A stretch of 64,000 bases of DNA from a virus (taxonomy: Duplodnaviria > Caudoviricetes): the IMG/VR virus record IMGVR_UViG_3300030117_007612, positions 64,001-128,000 of that record; one strand, given 5' to 3'. Position 1 is the first letter of the stretch. Every line of letters starts with the position of its first letter. Both the position numbers and the translations under genes were made by a program. Below, piece by piece: positions 1 through 9,851 of this stretch. The notes under the pieces are model-generated. The model did no database searches. It was not told the DNA's origin and saw nothing but the letters and a program-made list of their open reading frames with translations.

Positions 1-3000
1 ACAGGTGCGCGCTTCAACTTAGATCCGTACGGAGATAAGACGGGCAAGCTTAGGAGAATCTTGCCTGAGCTTTTAAAATTTTATTGGTCCAAGGGTTGGG
101 TATTGAACGGTTCTTTACTCCCCGGCTTCGGCAAGAAAGACGCCGAAAAAATTGCAATTGGCTTTAATGAAAATTACACTATAAAATACATGTCTGTGTG
201 GCAATATGGATGTGAGCACGCAGCCTACACACTTAAAGAAGGACAACTATCTTCGCTTAAAAATAAGACTCCCTTTAATGATCCGACCGCCATGGCATAT
301 CTTTCTAAAGTTTTCGAAATGGAAAATGATTTAATTTCGAGAGTTCCCAAAGATTGGCTAGAGTTCCTAGAAGAATATACTTACCCAGCATTGCTTGTAA
401 GACATGCGAATCCGGGAGAATATGATCCATTTGCTCCCGGCGGCCCAATCCAACAGCAGACCATGGGCGCCATTAATGATGCGTTAGCTGGTGCCGGCGG
501 CAGTACTAACATGACCGCTGGTGACTGTATTGCTGATGATTTTGCGCAAGATTTTAAAGAAATAAAAGATTTTGTCCACGATCAGGTAATGGGCTTGGGC
601 GATGTGATTGCCTATAAATTTAGAGATAAAATATGCGGCACTGAAGATTCGGCAAGACAAGACGCTGAGGATGTTGGATGGTTTAGTGTTTATGATCCAA
701 AAACAAGAAAGAATAAAAATGTATACCTTATGGCCCAAGAACAGGCTTTTGCTCAATTGGAGGCCAATGATCAGGTCTTTGTTGAATTGTGCGCAAGGCT
801 TTTTAGTCTTCTTAATGTTAGTGGCGGCTATCAAAAGATGGACGAATTGTGGGCACAAGTATTCAGCCCGCTAAAGGAGTGCGGCCTATCAGAATTGCTA
901 TCTGACGTCATTAAGTGTCTTTTGGGCGGCTTAAGTTTAGAAGAGGCCATGGCCAAAGCAATCCTTTCTGCTTTAAACGCTATGGGCATTGAGTCCTTTG
1001 GAAAGCTTTTTGTAGGGTTGCCGCCTGATAAGCAGAGAGAAATTGAAGCGATTGTATGGAGAAGATTAGAAAGTGGAGACGTTCCCGGCTTTGAACCAGA
1101 GAGAATGCGAGCTACTCCTCCATGGGAATCTGATGTAGCAAAGGCCGGAGCTTCGCAAAGAGTGGCAACTGGGGTGGAAGATAGCCCAGTGCCGGTCGAT
1201 CGCGGCCCACCATACAGCGCGCCATCCACTAGGAGAACTCTCGGACAACAATTTGACACAGCTATAAACGACCCATATCAAGGAGTCGATCCAAACAACA
1301 TATTGCAGGTTTACATTGCTGCCTTGATAGATGTTTATGGCGACAATTTATTAGACTTGGTCGACGAGATAAACAAAATTCCGGGCGTCCCGGTTATCAC
1401 TGCCATCATCGCCACTTTGGATTGTCCTCGTCCTCCTATTTTTGATCCGGGCCTGTTCGACTGGCTTAAAGATATTCAGCTTCCATGGTGTAGAAACCAA
1501 AAAGATATTGGCTGGCCAAGAATAAATATGGCACCACCCATGTCGCTAGCTGATATTTTTAAGGCACTTCTAGAGGCCGCCAAGGAAGCGCTCTTGGAAA
1601 TGATTATGAACATCTTGACTCAAATAATCATTAAAATATGTGAGATACTTGGTGACATGATATGTAAGGCGCTAGAGGCTGTTGGTGCTTTGGCAGCTGC
1701 TTTACCGAGCTTAATCAGCGGCGAAAACTCCGTATCGAATGTACTGAGAGATGTTTTCTGTGGCCCAGACGCGTCACAAGAACAAATTGAGCAAGTTACG
1801 GCGCGATTAATAGGCACTCTTGGGGGTGGCGGCGCCGCAATGGCAGATCGTGGATTGGTAAACAACTGGACTGCCGGCGTATCTTCGATGATAACACAAA
1901 GAGAGCTAGCAGAATTGTTCACCGGCCGAGCCGATGATTCAACTATAAACATAATACATGAATTTACACAACTGGAGGTTCCAGAATTTGCTGACGCCTT
2001 AGCTTCACCCACTGACATTAGAAATCTTTTTAAGAATATTGGCGACTTATTCCCACCTGAATTTACAGGTGAGCTTTTGGACATTGTTGATGCCGATGAT
2101 TTACTTGCTGATAAGCCGATAAATCCGTCTTTATGTGCCACTCCGGAGAAGCTAGATGATTTTAAAGCCGCTCGTTGTGCGCTATTAGAAGGCCGAGCCA
2201 CCAAAGAACAGTGTGATAAACTTTATGATGACCTAAAAGATCAATTATTGGATGATCTAGAAGATATCAGCACAGTTTTCCAAAAAGGTGTGAAAGCGCA
2301 CATTGCAGATCAGTTGCCGCCACTTGTTAGCGCACCCGGCTGTCAAGATGGGCTGTTGCCTTTTGAGCCAGAAGAACATAGAGTTGCAAGAGAAAAAGTA
2401 CAAGAAAGCTTATACAAAGAAATCAAAGTTGCATACACACAAGATTTAGTCGGTGACGGACCTTGGGCATTTCAGTGGGGCGCCCTCAATCTAATACTTT
2501 CTGATGTTAATGGGGTAGCCTATACAGCCCACCAGAAAAAAGCACAAAACATGTTTAATTATGTTGACTTTATCAACGAATCCGGACCCGATCCCGGCGG
2601 ATTTCCCGAGATGCCGCCTTTGGTGGGTGAATTGATGGGCGGCCATAATGGCGCGTTCCCTGTTGATGTTGCCGGCTGGCTGCAAGATTACGTGACCTCT
2701 GGCAGCTATAGAGATCCGACAGTGCCAACTGGCATTTTTAAACCAATTGAGGGATGGCACGAATCTCAAAAAAGAAAAATAATCATAGAACCAAGCCCCA
2801 CAATCTATTCAATTTTTGGCGAAACCCAACAAGAGGTTGCATATGTGATGTTACCCGGATATAAGATGGGAGATTTAAGAGCTAAATTCAGAGACAACGC
2901 AAAAGGCATGCCAAATAAATTCAAGATCGCCGGCGTTACAGATTCAACAAAAGGTCTTGATGGAGAAAACGAGGCATATGGATATGGTTTTGACATGTGG

Positions 3001-5940
3001 ATGTCGACTTCAGACTTGGAAGTTAATGGCGGCGATATTGTATATAGAGATGGCGACTGGACATCTTTAAGAATATATGAAAGAAGAAACAACGCATACT
3101 CTGATATAATTGTAGCAAACGATAGTTCAATTAGTGCCATGTTCCCCATGGGCGCCCAAGTTGAAGCATCTCTCGGTGGCAGCGAACTAGGTGTTGGTAT
3201 TAGCCGAGTGAGACCCCCCAATTCTAAACTTCCTCATACTGCGATTATTAGAGAGCACATGGCTGCTGAAGTTAATGAAATTTTAAATAGCCTACCCCCA
3301 GTTGAATACGGTCTTCGCGATGGAAAACCTCCAGATACACCCCCATCAAACAAGTACTTACCGCAAGTTCAAAGGCTGGCTAGTTTTCTTGAGGAAAGAA
3401 AGGTATTGCCGGCCGTGGTTCCAGACGCCACCGGCTGGGGGTCTGGGACCGTTCCTTCGTCAACCTCCATTGATTTGCAATCTCTTGAAGATCTTCATGG
3501 AAATGTAATGAATCTGTTCTCCGATTTAGTTTTCCAGAAGATAGCAGAGGGAGGTATCACAAACCCTGCATTTAATTTTGGCGCCGCACCTGACGGCCTT
3601 TCACCTTCCGACATCATGTATGTCAATCCCGACAATTATACAGACGATAACGGAGACTTCCACGCCGCCGGCCAGCCTTACAGTATACCGTCTAGCGAAG
3701 CTGTTATGGGTATCAGTGCTGCTCAGTATAGTAGTTCGCCGATAGCCAATCGAATTCATTATCTAAATCCGGCAACTTTTGGTGGAACGTATGCCTCTCC
3801 GGGTATTTACATAGAACCACCAAAAAATGACGGATGGCTTGGTCTTTTTGATGCGATAATGCCAGAAGAAGATGGGTGTAAGCCTCGAAGATCAGACCTG
3901 ATTGATTTTGCTGATGTTGGTCAAAGAGTCAACGACTTGTATACCAAAATTCCTGATGATCCAAGATTAAGAATGGGTCCCGAATGTCGATTAGAAGTGC
4001 CATACGCAAGAATTCTCGATAGGGCTTCAGCCGCCGGCATCGAAGGAGTTGTAATGATAGCTATCAGAGCGTTTGCCAGCATGCATTTCATTAAAGCAAT
4101 TGCAACTTATTCAAAATTTAAACCCGTCTTTCCCGATAATTTTAGTAGCATTGTGTCTTCATTTATAATTCAAGAGATGGAAACTAGATTTAAAGAAAAC
4201 GAAAATGTTCTAGGTGATACTTTATTTAAAGATGAAAGATTTTGGTACGCCTTTTTGGAACAATGTGTTCAGATTTATGATCGCAAAGTAACTCTTGGCG
4301 AGGTTGAACCACCCGCAGCCGCCATTCAGGCTTTCAGAGCCTTAAATGATCTGCAAGAAACCTATGATTATCCGGACATGAGGGAACTACGAAAAGCCAA
4401 AAGTCAAGGTTTGCAATATTTAGATAAAACAATACACGATGTTCATTCGCTGAGATATATGAGAAATGTAAAAAACCTCCACTATGTCAGGGATACAGAG
4501 ATGCATGCAAAAAATATTATGAAATATCTCGTTGAAGAAGAGTTAAACAAACTTGGAGAGATTTTTACTCAAAACTTGAAAGATATTGGTTTTGGACCAA
4601 GAATAAAACATCTCGGAAAATATTTTATTAGCAGAGATAACGGCGCCGTAATTGCAGGAACATCGCTGCGACTAGATCAGGAGTTCTATATATCGGCCAC
4701 AGGGTTGCCACTCGTAGAGGGAAACTCTTTCTATACCTCTGGGGGGGAGTTTGCGAAACAGGATGGTAGCGAATATATTGGACAATATCATGTGCACGTC
4801 TCCGAAGGCCGCGGCCCGATTGCCATGGAAGGCCCGTTTCATAAATCGACACCCCATGAAGAATTGATACCCATTTCTAAAGACATGAGAGTTATTGGCG
4901 AAAGTGGCGATAGCCTAGGAGACGTCACAGAACTGGGAGACTCTCCAATGACCTTCGCTGCTGACGGCATGCCCGGTGGCTCTGGAGAGATCCGGCCATT
5001 TAAGCTTGAAAAATTAATGAGAATTACCCCTAAAGCCTCCGCAGAAATGGCGGCCGGCCTTCCAGCTTTGACATCCAGCCCTTCTGGATATGTGCAGCCT
5101 AGGGTGTGGACAAACTATATAAACAATCTTCCATCAACGGTTAAGAGTAGAAATATTTCTGATTACTACGGTAATTTGGAATTTGTATATGATCCGCAGA
5201 GCAACTCAGAAGAACCAATTGGCCTCAAGGCAGGTACAAGCATTGGTGTTGAATACGGCTTAAGATTGTCAATTGTGTTTGAAGACGGAACATCACATTC
5301 GGTTGCTGAAACTTTTGTCGACGCTCTCGATAAGCCGATAGCTCAATTTGAAGAATTCAATGCAGACTCTCGAATACTATACTGTTTGGTGAACAACCTA
5401 GTAGATTCTCCAGAATTTAAATTTATCACGGAATATGTTTTCCCATTACGTAAAATAACCGCTTTCGCAGCAATCTACAATTCTTATGCGTTCTTGCCTT
5501 CTGTTGGAGAATTGGTTACAAAATATGATAGCACTGATGATCTTACGGCCAAAAAGCCCGGCCGTCGAGTTGATGGAAGTGGTGCCTATGACGAGGAAAA
5601 TTCAATTAGAGGTTGGGAGCCGTATGGTAAAAGAATGAGATATCAACAAAACAACAATCCTGCCACGTGGTTTGAAAAGGGTTTTGATGAATGGGATCGC
5701 GAAGTATTAAAAAGCACCGTACCAAAGATCAGAAGCTTGTTTAAATCTTATTATAATGCCAGAGATTTTGACTGGGGAGAAGACGCCGCAGATGGTGTTG
5801 GTCATTTATTAGAACAAATGAGAGAATCAATACGACCCCCAGCCGGCGCAAAGTATTTGCCATGGTGGAAAAAACGCAAACTTAGAAAACGCCCTCTAAA
5901 TAAAAATGGAGGAATGTGCTCTTCATCAGACGAAGATTAA
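1..5940 (+). CDS. Giant hypothetical virion/baseplate-associated protein, 5'-truncated
   Basis: The frame is open from base 1 (TGARFNLDPYGDK... runs into the track's TTG at 61), so the real start is upstream of the window. At least 1979 aa; lies directly upstream of the gp25-like gene; no catalytic motif recognised. Confidence 0.6.
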   Translation, partial: TGARFNLDPYGDKTGKLRRILPELLKFYWSKGWVLNGSLLPGFGKKDAEKIAIGFNENYTIKYMSVWQYGCEHAAYTLKEGQLSSLKNKTPFNDPTAMAYLSKVFEMENDLISRVPKDWLEFLEEYTYPALLVRHANPGEYDPFAPGGPIQQQTMGAINDALAGAGGSTNMTAGDCIADDFAQDFKEIKDFVHDQVMGLGDVIAYKFRDKICGTEDSARQDAEDVGWFSVYDPKTRKNKNVYLMAQEQAFAQLEANDQVFVELCARLFSLLNVSGGYQKMDELWAQVFSPLKECGLSELLSDVIKCLLGGLSLEEAMAKAILSALNAMGIESFGKLFVGLPPDKQREIEAIVWRRLESGDVPGFEPERMRATPPWESDVAKAGASQRVATGVEDSPVPVDRGPPYSAPSTRRTLGQQFDTAINDPYQGVDPNNILQVYIAALIDVYGDNLLDLVDEINKIPGVPVITAIIATLDCPRPPIFDPGLFDWLKDIQLPWCRNQKDIGWPRINMAPPMSLADIFKALLEAAKEALLEMIMNILTQIIIKICEILGDMICKALEAVGALAAALPSLISGENSVSNVLRDVFCGPDASQEQIEQVTARLIGTLGGGGAAMADRGLVNNWTAGVSSMITQRELAELFTGRADDSTINIIHEFTQLEVPEFADALASPTDIRNLFKNIGDLFPPEFTGELLDIVDADDLLADKPINPSLCATPEKLDDFKAARCALLEGRATKEQCDKLYDDLKDQLLDDLEDISTVFQKGVKAHIADQLPPLVSAPGCQDGLLPFEPEEHRVAREKVQESLYKEIKVAYTQDLVGDGPWAFQWGALNLILSDVNGVAYTAHQKKAQNMFNYVDFINESGPDPGGFPEMPPLVGELMGGHNGAFPVDVAGWLQDYVTSGSYRDPTVPTGIFKPIEGWHESQKRKIIIEPSPTIYSIFGETQQEVAYVMLPGYKMGDLRAKFRDNAKGMPNKFKIAGVTDSTKGLDGENEAYGYGFDMWMSTSDLEVNGGDIVYRDGDWTSLRIYERRNNAYSDIIVANDSSISAMFPMGAQVEASLGGSELGVGISRVRPPNSKLPHTAIIREHMAAEVNEILNSLPPVEYGLRDGKPPDTPPSNKYLPQVQRLASFLEERKVLPAVVPDATGWGSGTVPSSTSIDLQSLEDLHGNVMNLFSDLVFQKIAEGGITNPAFNFGAAPDGLSPSDIMYVNPDNYTDDNGDFHAAGQPYSIPSSEAVMGISAAQYSSSPIANRIHYLNPATFGGTYASPGIYIEPPKNDGWLGLFDAIMPEEDGCKPRRSDLIDFADVGQRVNDLYTKIPDDPRLRMGPECRLEVPYARILDRASAAGIEGVVMIAIRAFASMHFIKAIATYSKFKPVFPDNFSSIVSSFIIQEMETRFKENENVLGDTLFKDERFWYAFLEQCVQIYDRKVTLGEVEPPAAAIQAFRALNDLQETYDYPDMRELRKAKSQGLQYLDKTIHDVHSLRYMRNVKNLHYVRDTEMHAKNIMKYLVEEELNKLGEIFTQNLKDIGFGPRIKHLGKYFISRDNGAVIAGTSLRLDQEFYISATGLPLVEGNSFYTSGGEFAKQDGSEYIGQYHVHVSEGRGPIAMEGPFHKSTPHEELIPISKDMRVIGESGDSLGDVTELGDSPMTFAADGMPGGSGEIRPFKLEKLMRITPKASAEMAAGLPALTSSPSGYVQPRVWTNYINNLPSTVKSRNISDYYGNLEFVYDPQSNSEEPIGLKAGTSIGVEYGLRLSIVFEDGTSHSVAETFVDALDKPIAQFEEFNADSRILYCLVNNLVDSPEFKFITEYVFPLRKITAFAAIYNSYAFLPSVGELVTKYDSTDDLTAKKPGRRVDGSGAYDEENSIRGWEPYGKRMRYQQNNNPATWFEKGFDEWDREVLKSTVPKIRSLFKSYYNARDFDWGEDAADGVGHLLEQMRESIRPPAGAKYLPWWKKRKLRKRPLNKNGGMCSSSDED

Positions 5941-5949
5941 AATTAGTGC

Positions 5950-5957
5950 CTAATTAC
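5950..5957 (+). promoter_or_regulatory. CTANTTA box (putative late promoter)
   Basis: CTAATTAC in the intergenic gap before the gp25-like gene. Confidence 0.4.
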
Positions 5958-5972
5958 AGTTAGGGTTTTATA

Positions 5973-6365
5973 ATGGCTGGATTATCACCAAGATTACCAT
6001 TGATGAAAAGTAGTATTGATGGTTTTGAAACAATCAAGACCATCAATGGGTTAGTTTCTCAAAATTTAAAGATGCTAATCTTAACTGCTCCCGGAGAAAG
6101 AGTTATGGAGCCAGACTTTGGCGTTGGCATCCAGTCTTACTTTTTTGAGCCAATGAGGGAAGATACCTATATAAGAATCCAACAAAGAATCAACAGTCAA
6201 GTAAGTATGTATATGCCTTTTGTAACGATAATAAATATTAGCTTTAATTCAATAGCTGATTCACCGGGAAATATTTTTGATTACGATGAGCATTATTTAG
6301 GACTGACAATAGAATACAGCATTGACTCCATAGGGGTCGTTGATGTGTTGGAGATTTTGATTTAA
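5973..6365 (+). CDS. Baseplate wedge subunit, T4 gp25/P2 gpW-like
   Basis: 130 aa with NLKMLILTAPGERVMEPDFGVGI (typical gp25-family L.T.PGER.M.PDFG motif); followed by a gp6-like gene. Confidence 0.9.
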   Translation: MAGLSPRLPLMKSSIDGFETIKTINGLVSQNLKMLILTAPGERVMEPDFGVGIQSYFFEPMREDTYIRIQQRINSQVSMYMPFVTIINISFNSIADSPGNIFDYDEHYLGLTIEYSIDSIGVVDVLEILI

Positions 6366-6380
6366 TTAATTAATATGAAT

Positions 6381-6388
6381 CTAATTAT
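6381..6388 (+). promoter_or_regulatory. CTANTTA box (putative late promoter)
   Basis: CTAATTAT before the gp6-like gene. Confidence 0.45.
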
Positions 6389-6409
6389 ACTGAGAAAGGA
6401 ACATTATTA

Positions 6410-8212
6410 ATGGGAAAGTACGATGATAGAATAATTCCAATTAATTACACCAATAGAGAATTTGCAACCATTCGCGAAGATCTGATACAGCTTGCGGAAA
6501 GGTTTTATCCCGACACATTTAAAGATTTTAGCGAAGCCTCTTTCGGCTCACTTATGATAGACACTGTTGCTTATGTTGGCGATCAGTTGTCATTTTATTT
6601 GGATTACCAAGCCAACGAGGGTTTTCTAAACTCAGCCGTTGAGTACAACAACATTGTCAGACACGCCTTGCAGCTGGGCTACAGATTCGAAGGGCGCCCA
6701 AGCACCTTTGGCAGGGTTGCCCTCTATATTATTGTACCTGCCACCGCAACTGGTATTGGTCCCGATCGGTCTTATATCCCAATCTTAAAAAGAGGAACCT
6801 CGTTTCAATCAATTAACGGGCTGATGTATATGTTGACTGAAAATATAGATTTTTCTGATCCAAAAAACAAAGTCGTGGTAGCCGAAGTGGATACTGATAC
6901 TGGCGCGCCATCTCAATATGCAATTAAGACTTATGGAAATGTTGTTTCTGGTCGTTTTGGTCAAGAAAGGTTTTCAGTCGGCCCATATGAAAAATTCAAG
7001 TCTCTCCTGCTTGAAAATCCTAACATTTCTGAAATAACAAGCGTTTACGACTCAAAGGGCAATGAATATTATGAAGTACCCTATCTTTCGCAAGATGTAA
7101 TCTATAGAGAAGTATCAAACCCAAATTATAGAAACGACAATGTTCCATCAATATTAAAGCCACTTACGGTGCCTAGAAGATTTACAACCCTTTTTGAGCG
7201 CGGCGGCGTAAGGTTGCAGTTTGGAACAGGTAACGAAGACTTGATATCAGAAGACAAGGTACCAGAACCTCAAAAATTAGCGTTAGATCTTTTCGGTAAA
7301 AATTATGTTACCAGCACGTCTTTCGATCCGTCCAATTTAGTTAGTAGCGATTACATGGGAATAGTCCCGTCAGATACTACCTTAACAGTCTCTTATCGTG
7401 CGACAAATCCAACCAATTCAAATGCTGCAGTGGGCGCTTTAAGAAGCGTTGCGGAGCCGATAGCTGAATTTGAAGATCGGACTGTTTTGGATAGTACAAA
7501 AATAGACAACGTTATTAGATCGATTGAAGTCTTTAATGAAGAGCCAATTGTGGGAGATGTCTCACTGCCTTCGTCAAATGAAATCAAAAGACGAGTTATC
7601 GATAATTTTGCAACTCAAAATAGAGCCGTAACAAGATTAGATTATGAGGCGCTGGCGCAAAGAATGCCCATTAAATTTGGCGCTATAAAAAGAGTTGCTG
7701 CACTTAAGGATCCAGATTCTCAAAAAAGAAACGTAAATTTGTATGTTTTATCTGAAGATACTGGCGGCAAACTAGCAACAGCTAATGATACTATAAAATT
7801 AAATTTAAAAACTTGGCTAAATAATTATAAAATGATTAACGACACTGTTGACATATTGGATGCAAAAATTGTCAATATAGGAATTAATTTCACAATGAAG
7901 ATTAGCAAAGATGTCGATAAGTATGTGACTATGGCCGCAGCCCTACAGGCGCTAAAAGACAAATACAGACAAGCAAGTTATATCGGGGAGCCCTTTTATC
8001 TTTCTGATGTCTACACAACCGTAAACAGATTAAAGGGGGTTGTAGATGTCGTCAATGTGCAAATAGTCAGAAAGCAGGGCAACAACTATTCATCGCATTC
8101 TTTCAACATTCACAGGAACTTATCATCCGATGGAAGATTTGTGCAGGTGCCAAAAAATGTCGCCTTAGAAGTTAAATTTCCCGACGAAGACATTAGAGGT
8201 ACTATAGTATAA
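6410..8212 (+). CDS. Baseplate wedge subunit, T4 gp6/baseplate J-like
   Basis: YTNREFATIREDL...LMIDTVAYVGDQLSFYLD N-terminus and QNRAVTRLDYE motif; follows gp25. Confidence 0.88.
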   Translation: MGKYDDRIIPINYTNREFATIREDLIQLAERFYPDTFKDFSEASFGSLMIDTVAYVGDQLSFYLDYQANEGFLNSAVEYNNIVRHALQLGYRFEGRPSTFGRVALYIIVPATATGIGPDRSYIPILKRGTSFQSINGLMYMLTENIDFSDPKNKVVVAEVDTDTGAPSQYAIKTYGNVVSGRFGQERFSVGPYEKFKSLLLENPNISEITSVYDSKGNEYYEVPYLSQDVIYREVSNPNYRNDNVPSILKPLTVPRRFTTLFERGGVRLQFGTGNEDLISEDKVPEPQKLALDLFGKNYVTSTSFDPSNLVSSDYMGIVPSDTTLTVSYRATNPTNSNAAVGALRSVAEPIAEFEDRTVLDSTKIDNVIRSIEVFNEEPIVGDVSLPSSNEIKRRVIDNFATQNRAVTRLDYEALAQRMPIKFGAIKRVAALKDPDSQKRNVNLYVLSEDTGGKLATANDTIKLNLKTWLNNYKMINDTVDILDAKIVNIGINFTMKISKDVDKYVTMAAALQALKDKYRQASYIGEPFYLSDVYTTVNRLKGVVDVVNVQIVRKQGNNYSSHSFNIHRNLSSDGRFVQVPKNVALEVKFPDEDIRGTIV

Positions 8213-8213
8213 A

Positions 8214-9851
8214 ATGGCAATTAAAAGATATTTTGCATTAAATGATAATACAATTACAAATGCCTATATGTCAGATCTTAGCACTTTGGCTACTGGATCT
8301 AATATGGGCGCCGCCGATATTCTAGAGGTCTTCTCTATTTACGGGCAAACAATATCCGCTTCTGCCACATCATCAGCGGAATTGTCAAGAGTTTTGATCA
8401 AATTCGATGTAACTGGATCTGGATTTGATAGCATAAAGTCAGAACGTACGGCTGGAAGGATTCCAAGCAGCGGTAGTGTTAACTTTTACTTAAGACTATT
8501 CAATGCACAACACGCAAGAACCGTGCCAGTAGATTATACCCTTGATATCGCCCCGGTTCAACACCACTGGCAGGAGGGCTCAGGTCTGGATATGGATACA
8601 TATAAGGATCTTACGAAAGATAGGAATGGCTCAAATTGGATGAGCGCCTCAAATTCTCCAGACAGAGCGTGGACTACTCCGGGCGGCGACTATTTGGCTA
8701 CCTACAATTATAGTCAAGACTTCTCCACCGGGCTGGAACACTTGGAGGTTGATATAACTCCGCTAGTGGAAGGCTGGATTGCCGGCACATTGGCAAACTA
8801 TGGTGTTGGGATCAAGCTTAGCGCCAGCCATGAAGCTTATTATTCAAGTTCGGTTTGGGGCTTTAGTGGCGTAAAATATGTAGACGGTATTTTATTAAAC
8901 ACGACGGGCGCCCAGAAGTCCTACTATACTAAAAGATTTTTTGGCCGCAACTCTCAATACTTTTTTAAACGGCCGGCCATAGAGGCCCGATGGGATTCTT
9001 CCAGAAAAGATAATCGCGGAAGTTTTTATTATAGCAGCTCTCTTGCGCCATCAGAGCTTAACTTAAACACACTATTTTTATATAACAGAATTCGCGGCCG
9101 CTTAACAAATATTCCGGGAATTGGCACTGGTAATATATACGTAAGTATCTATTCTGGCTCAGCTTTAAATACCGAACCATCTGGATCAAGAATTAAACTC
9201 GCAGCAGACGGAACGCACGTTGGCTCAACATATCCCTATGTTGTGACAGGTAGCCATGTTTCTACTGGTATTTATTCTTGCAAATTTGCAATTACTGGAC
9301 ACTCTGGGCCCCGAAGCACCGTCGGAGCAGCATACGATCCGGGCACCGGCTCTCTCACAAAGCTGTTTGATGTTTGGCATGATAACGCAGGAACACAGTT
9401 CTTTACCGGCACCATTGTGCCCAAGAAGCTAGACGCACAAGATTATAACGATTCAGAGCGTTATGTTACAAAGGTGGTTAACCTGAAGTCAGAATATCGC
9501 TCAAATGAGAACGCAAGATTCAGAGTATTCGCAAGACAAAAGGGGTGGAGTCCTACAATTTATACAGTAGCCAGTAGAGCAACCGAGGCCCTCCCAATTG
9601 AAAGCGGATCATACAGAGTTGTTAGATTGATTGATAATTATGAAGTTTTCCCACATGCAACTGGTGCAAACGTTGTATCGCACTCAATGATGTCGTGTGA
9701 CACGTCTGGTAACTATTTTGATCTGGACATGTCTTTGCTTGAGCCGGGCTATGCGTACGGTTTAAAATTTGCGTACTATAATGAGCTATTGCAGGACTGG
9801 GTAGAGCAACCAGAAATATTTAAATTCATGGTAGATGAGTATGAGCGTTAA
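8214..9851 (+). CDS. Virion structural protein with DNRLRE-like domain
   Basis: SRVLIKFD, W..GSG, WTTPGGD and VDITPLVEGW...NYG resemble the DNRLRE-type beta-sandwich; located between gp6-like and gp7-like genes. Confidence 0.5.
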   Translation: MAIKRYFALNDNTITNAYMSDLSTLATGSNMGAADILEVFSIYGQTISASATSSAELSRVLIKFDVTGSGFDSIKSERTAGRIPSSGSVNFYLRLFNAQHARTVPVDYTLDIAPVQHHWQEGSGLDMDTYKDLTKDRNGSNWMSASNSPDRAWTTPGGDYLATYNYSQDFSTGLEHLEVDITPLVEGWIAGTLANYGVGIKLSASHEAYYSSSVWGFSGVKYVDGILLNTTGAQKSYYTKRFFGRNSQYFFKRPAIEARWDSSRKDNRGSFYYSSSLAPSELNLNTLFLYNRIRGRLTNIPGIGTGNIYVSIYSGSALNTEPSGSRIKLAADGTHVGSTYPYVVTGSHVSTGIYSCKFAITGHSGPRSTVGAAYDPGTGSLTKLFDVWHDNAGTQFFTGTIVPKKLDAQDYNDSERYVTKVVNLKSEYRSNENARFRVFARQKGWSPTIYTVASRATEALPIESGSYRVVRLIDNYEVFPHATGANVVSHSMMSCDTSGNYFDLDMSLLEPGYAYGLKFAYYNELLQDWVEQPEIFKFMVDEYER

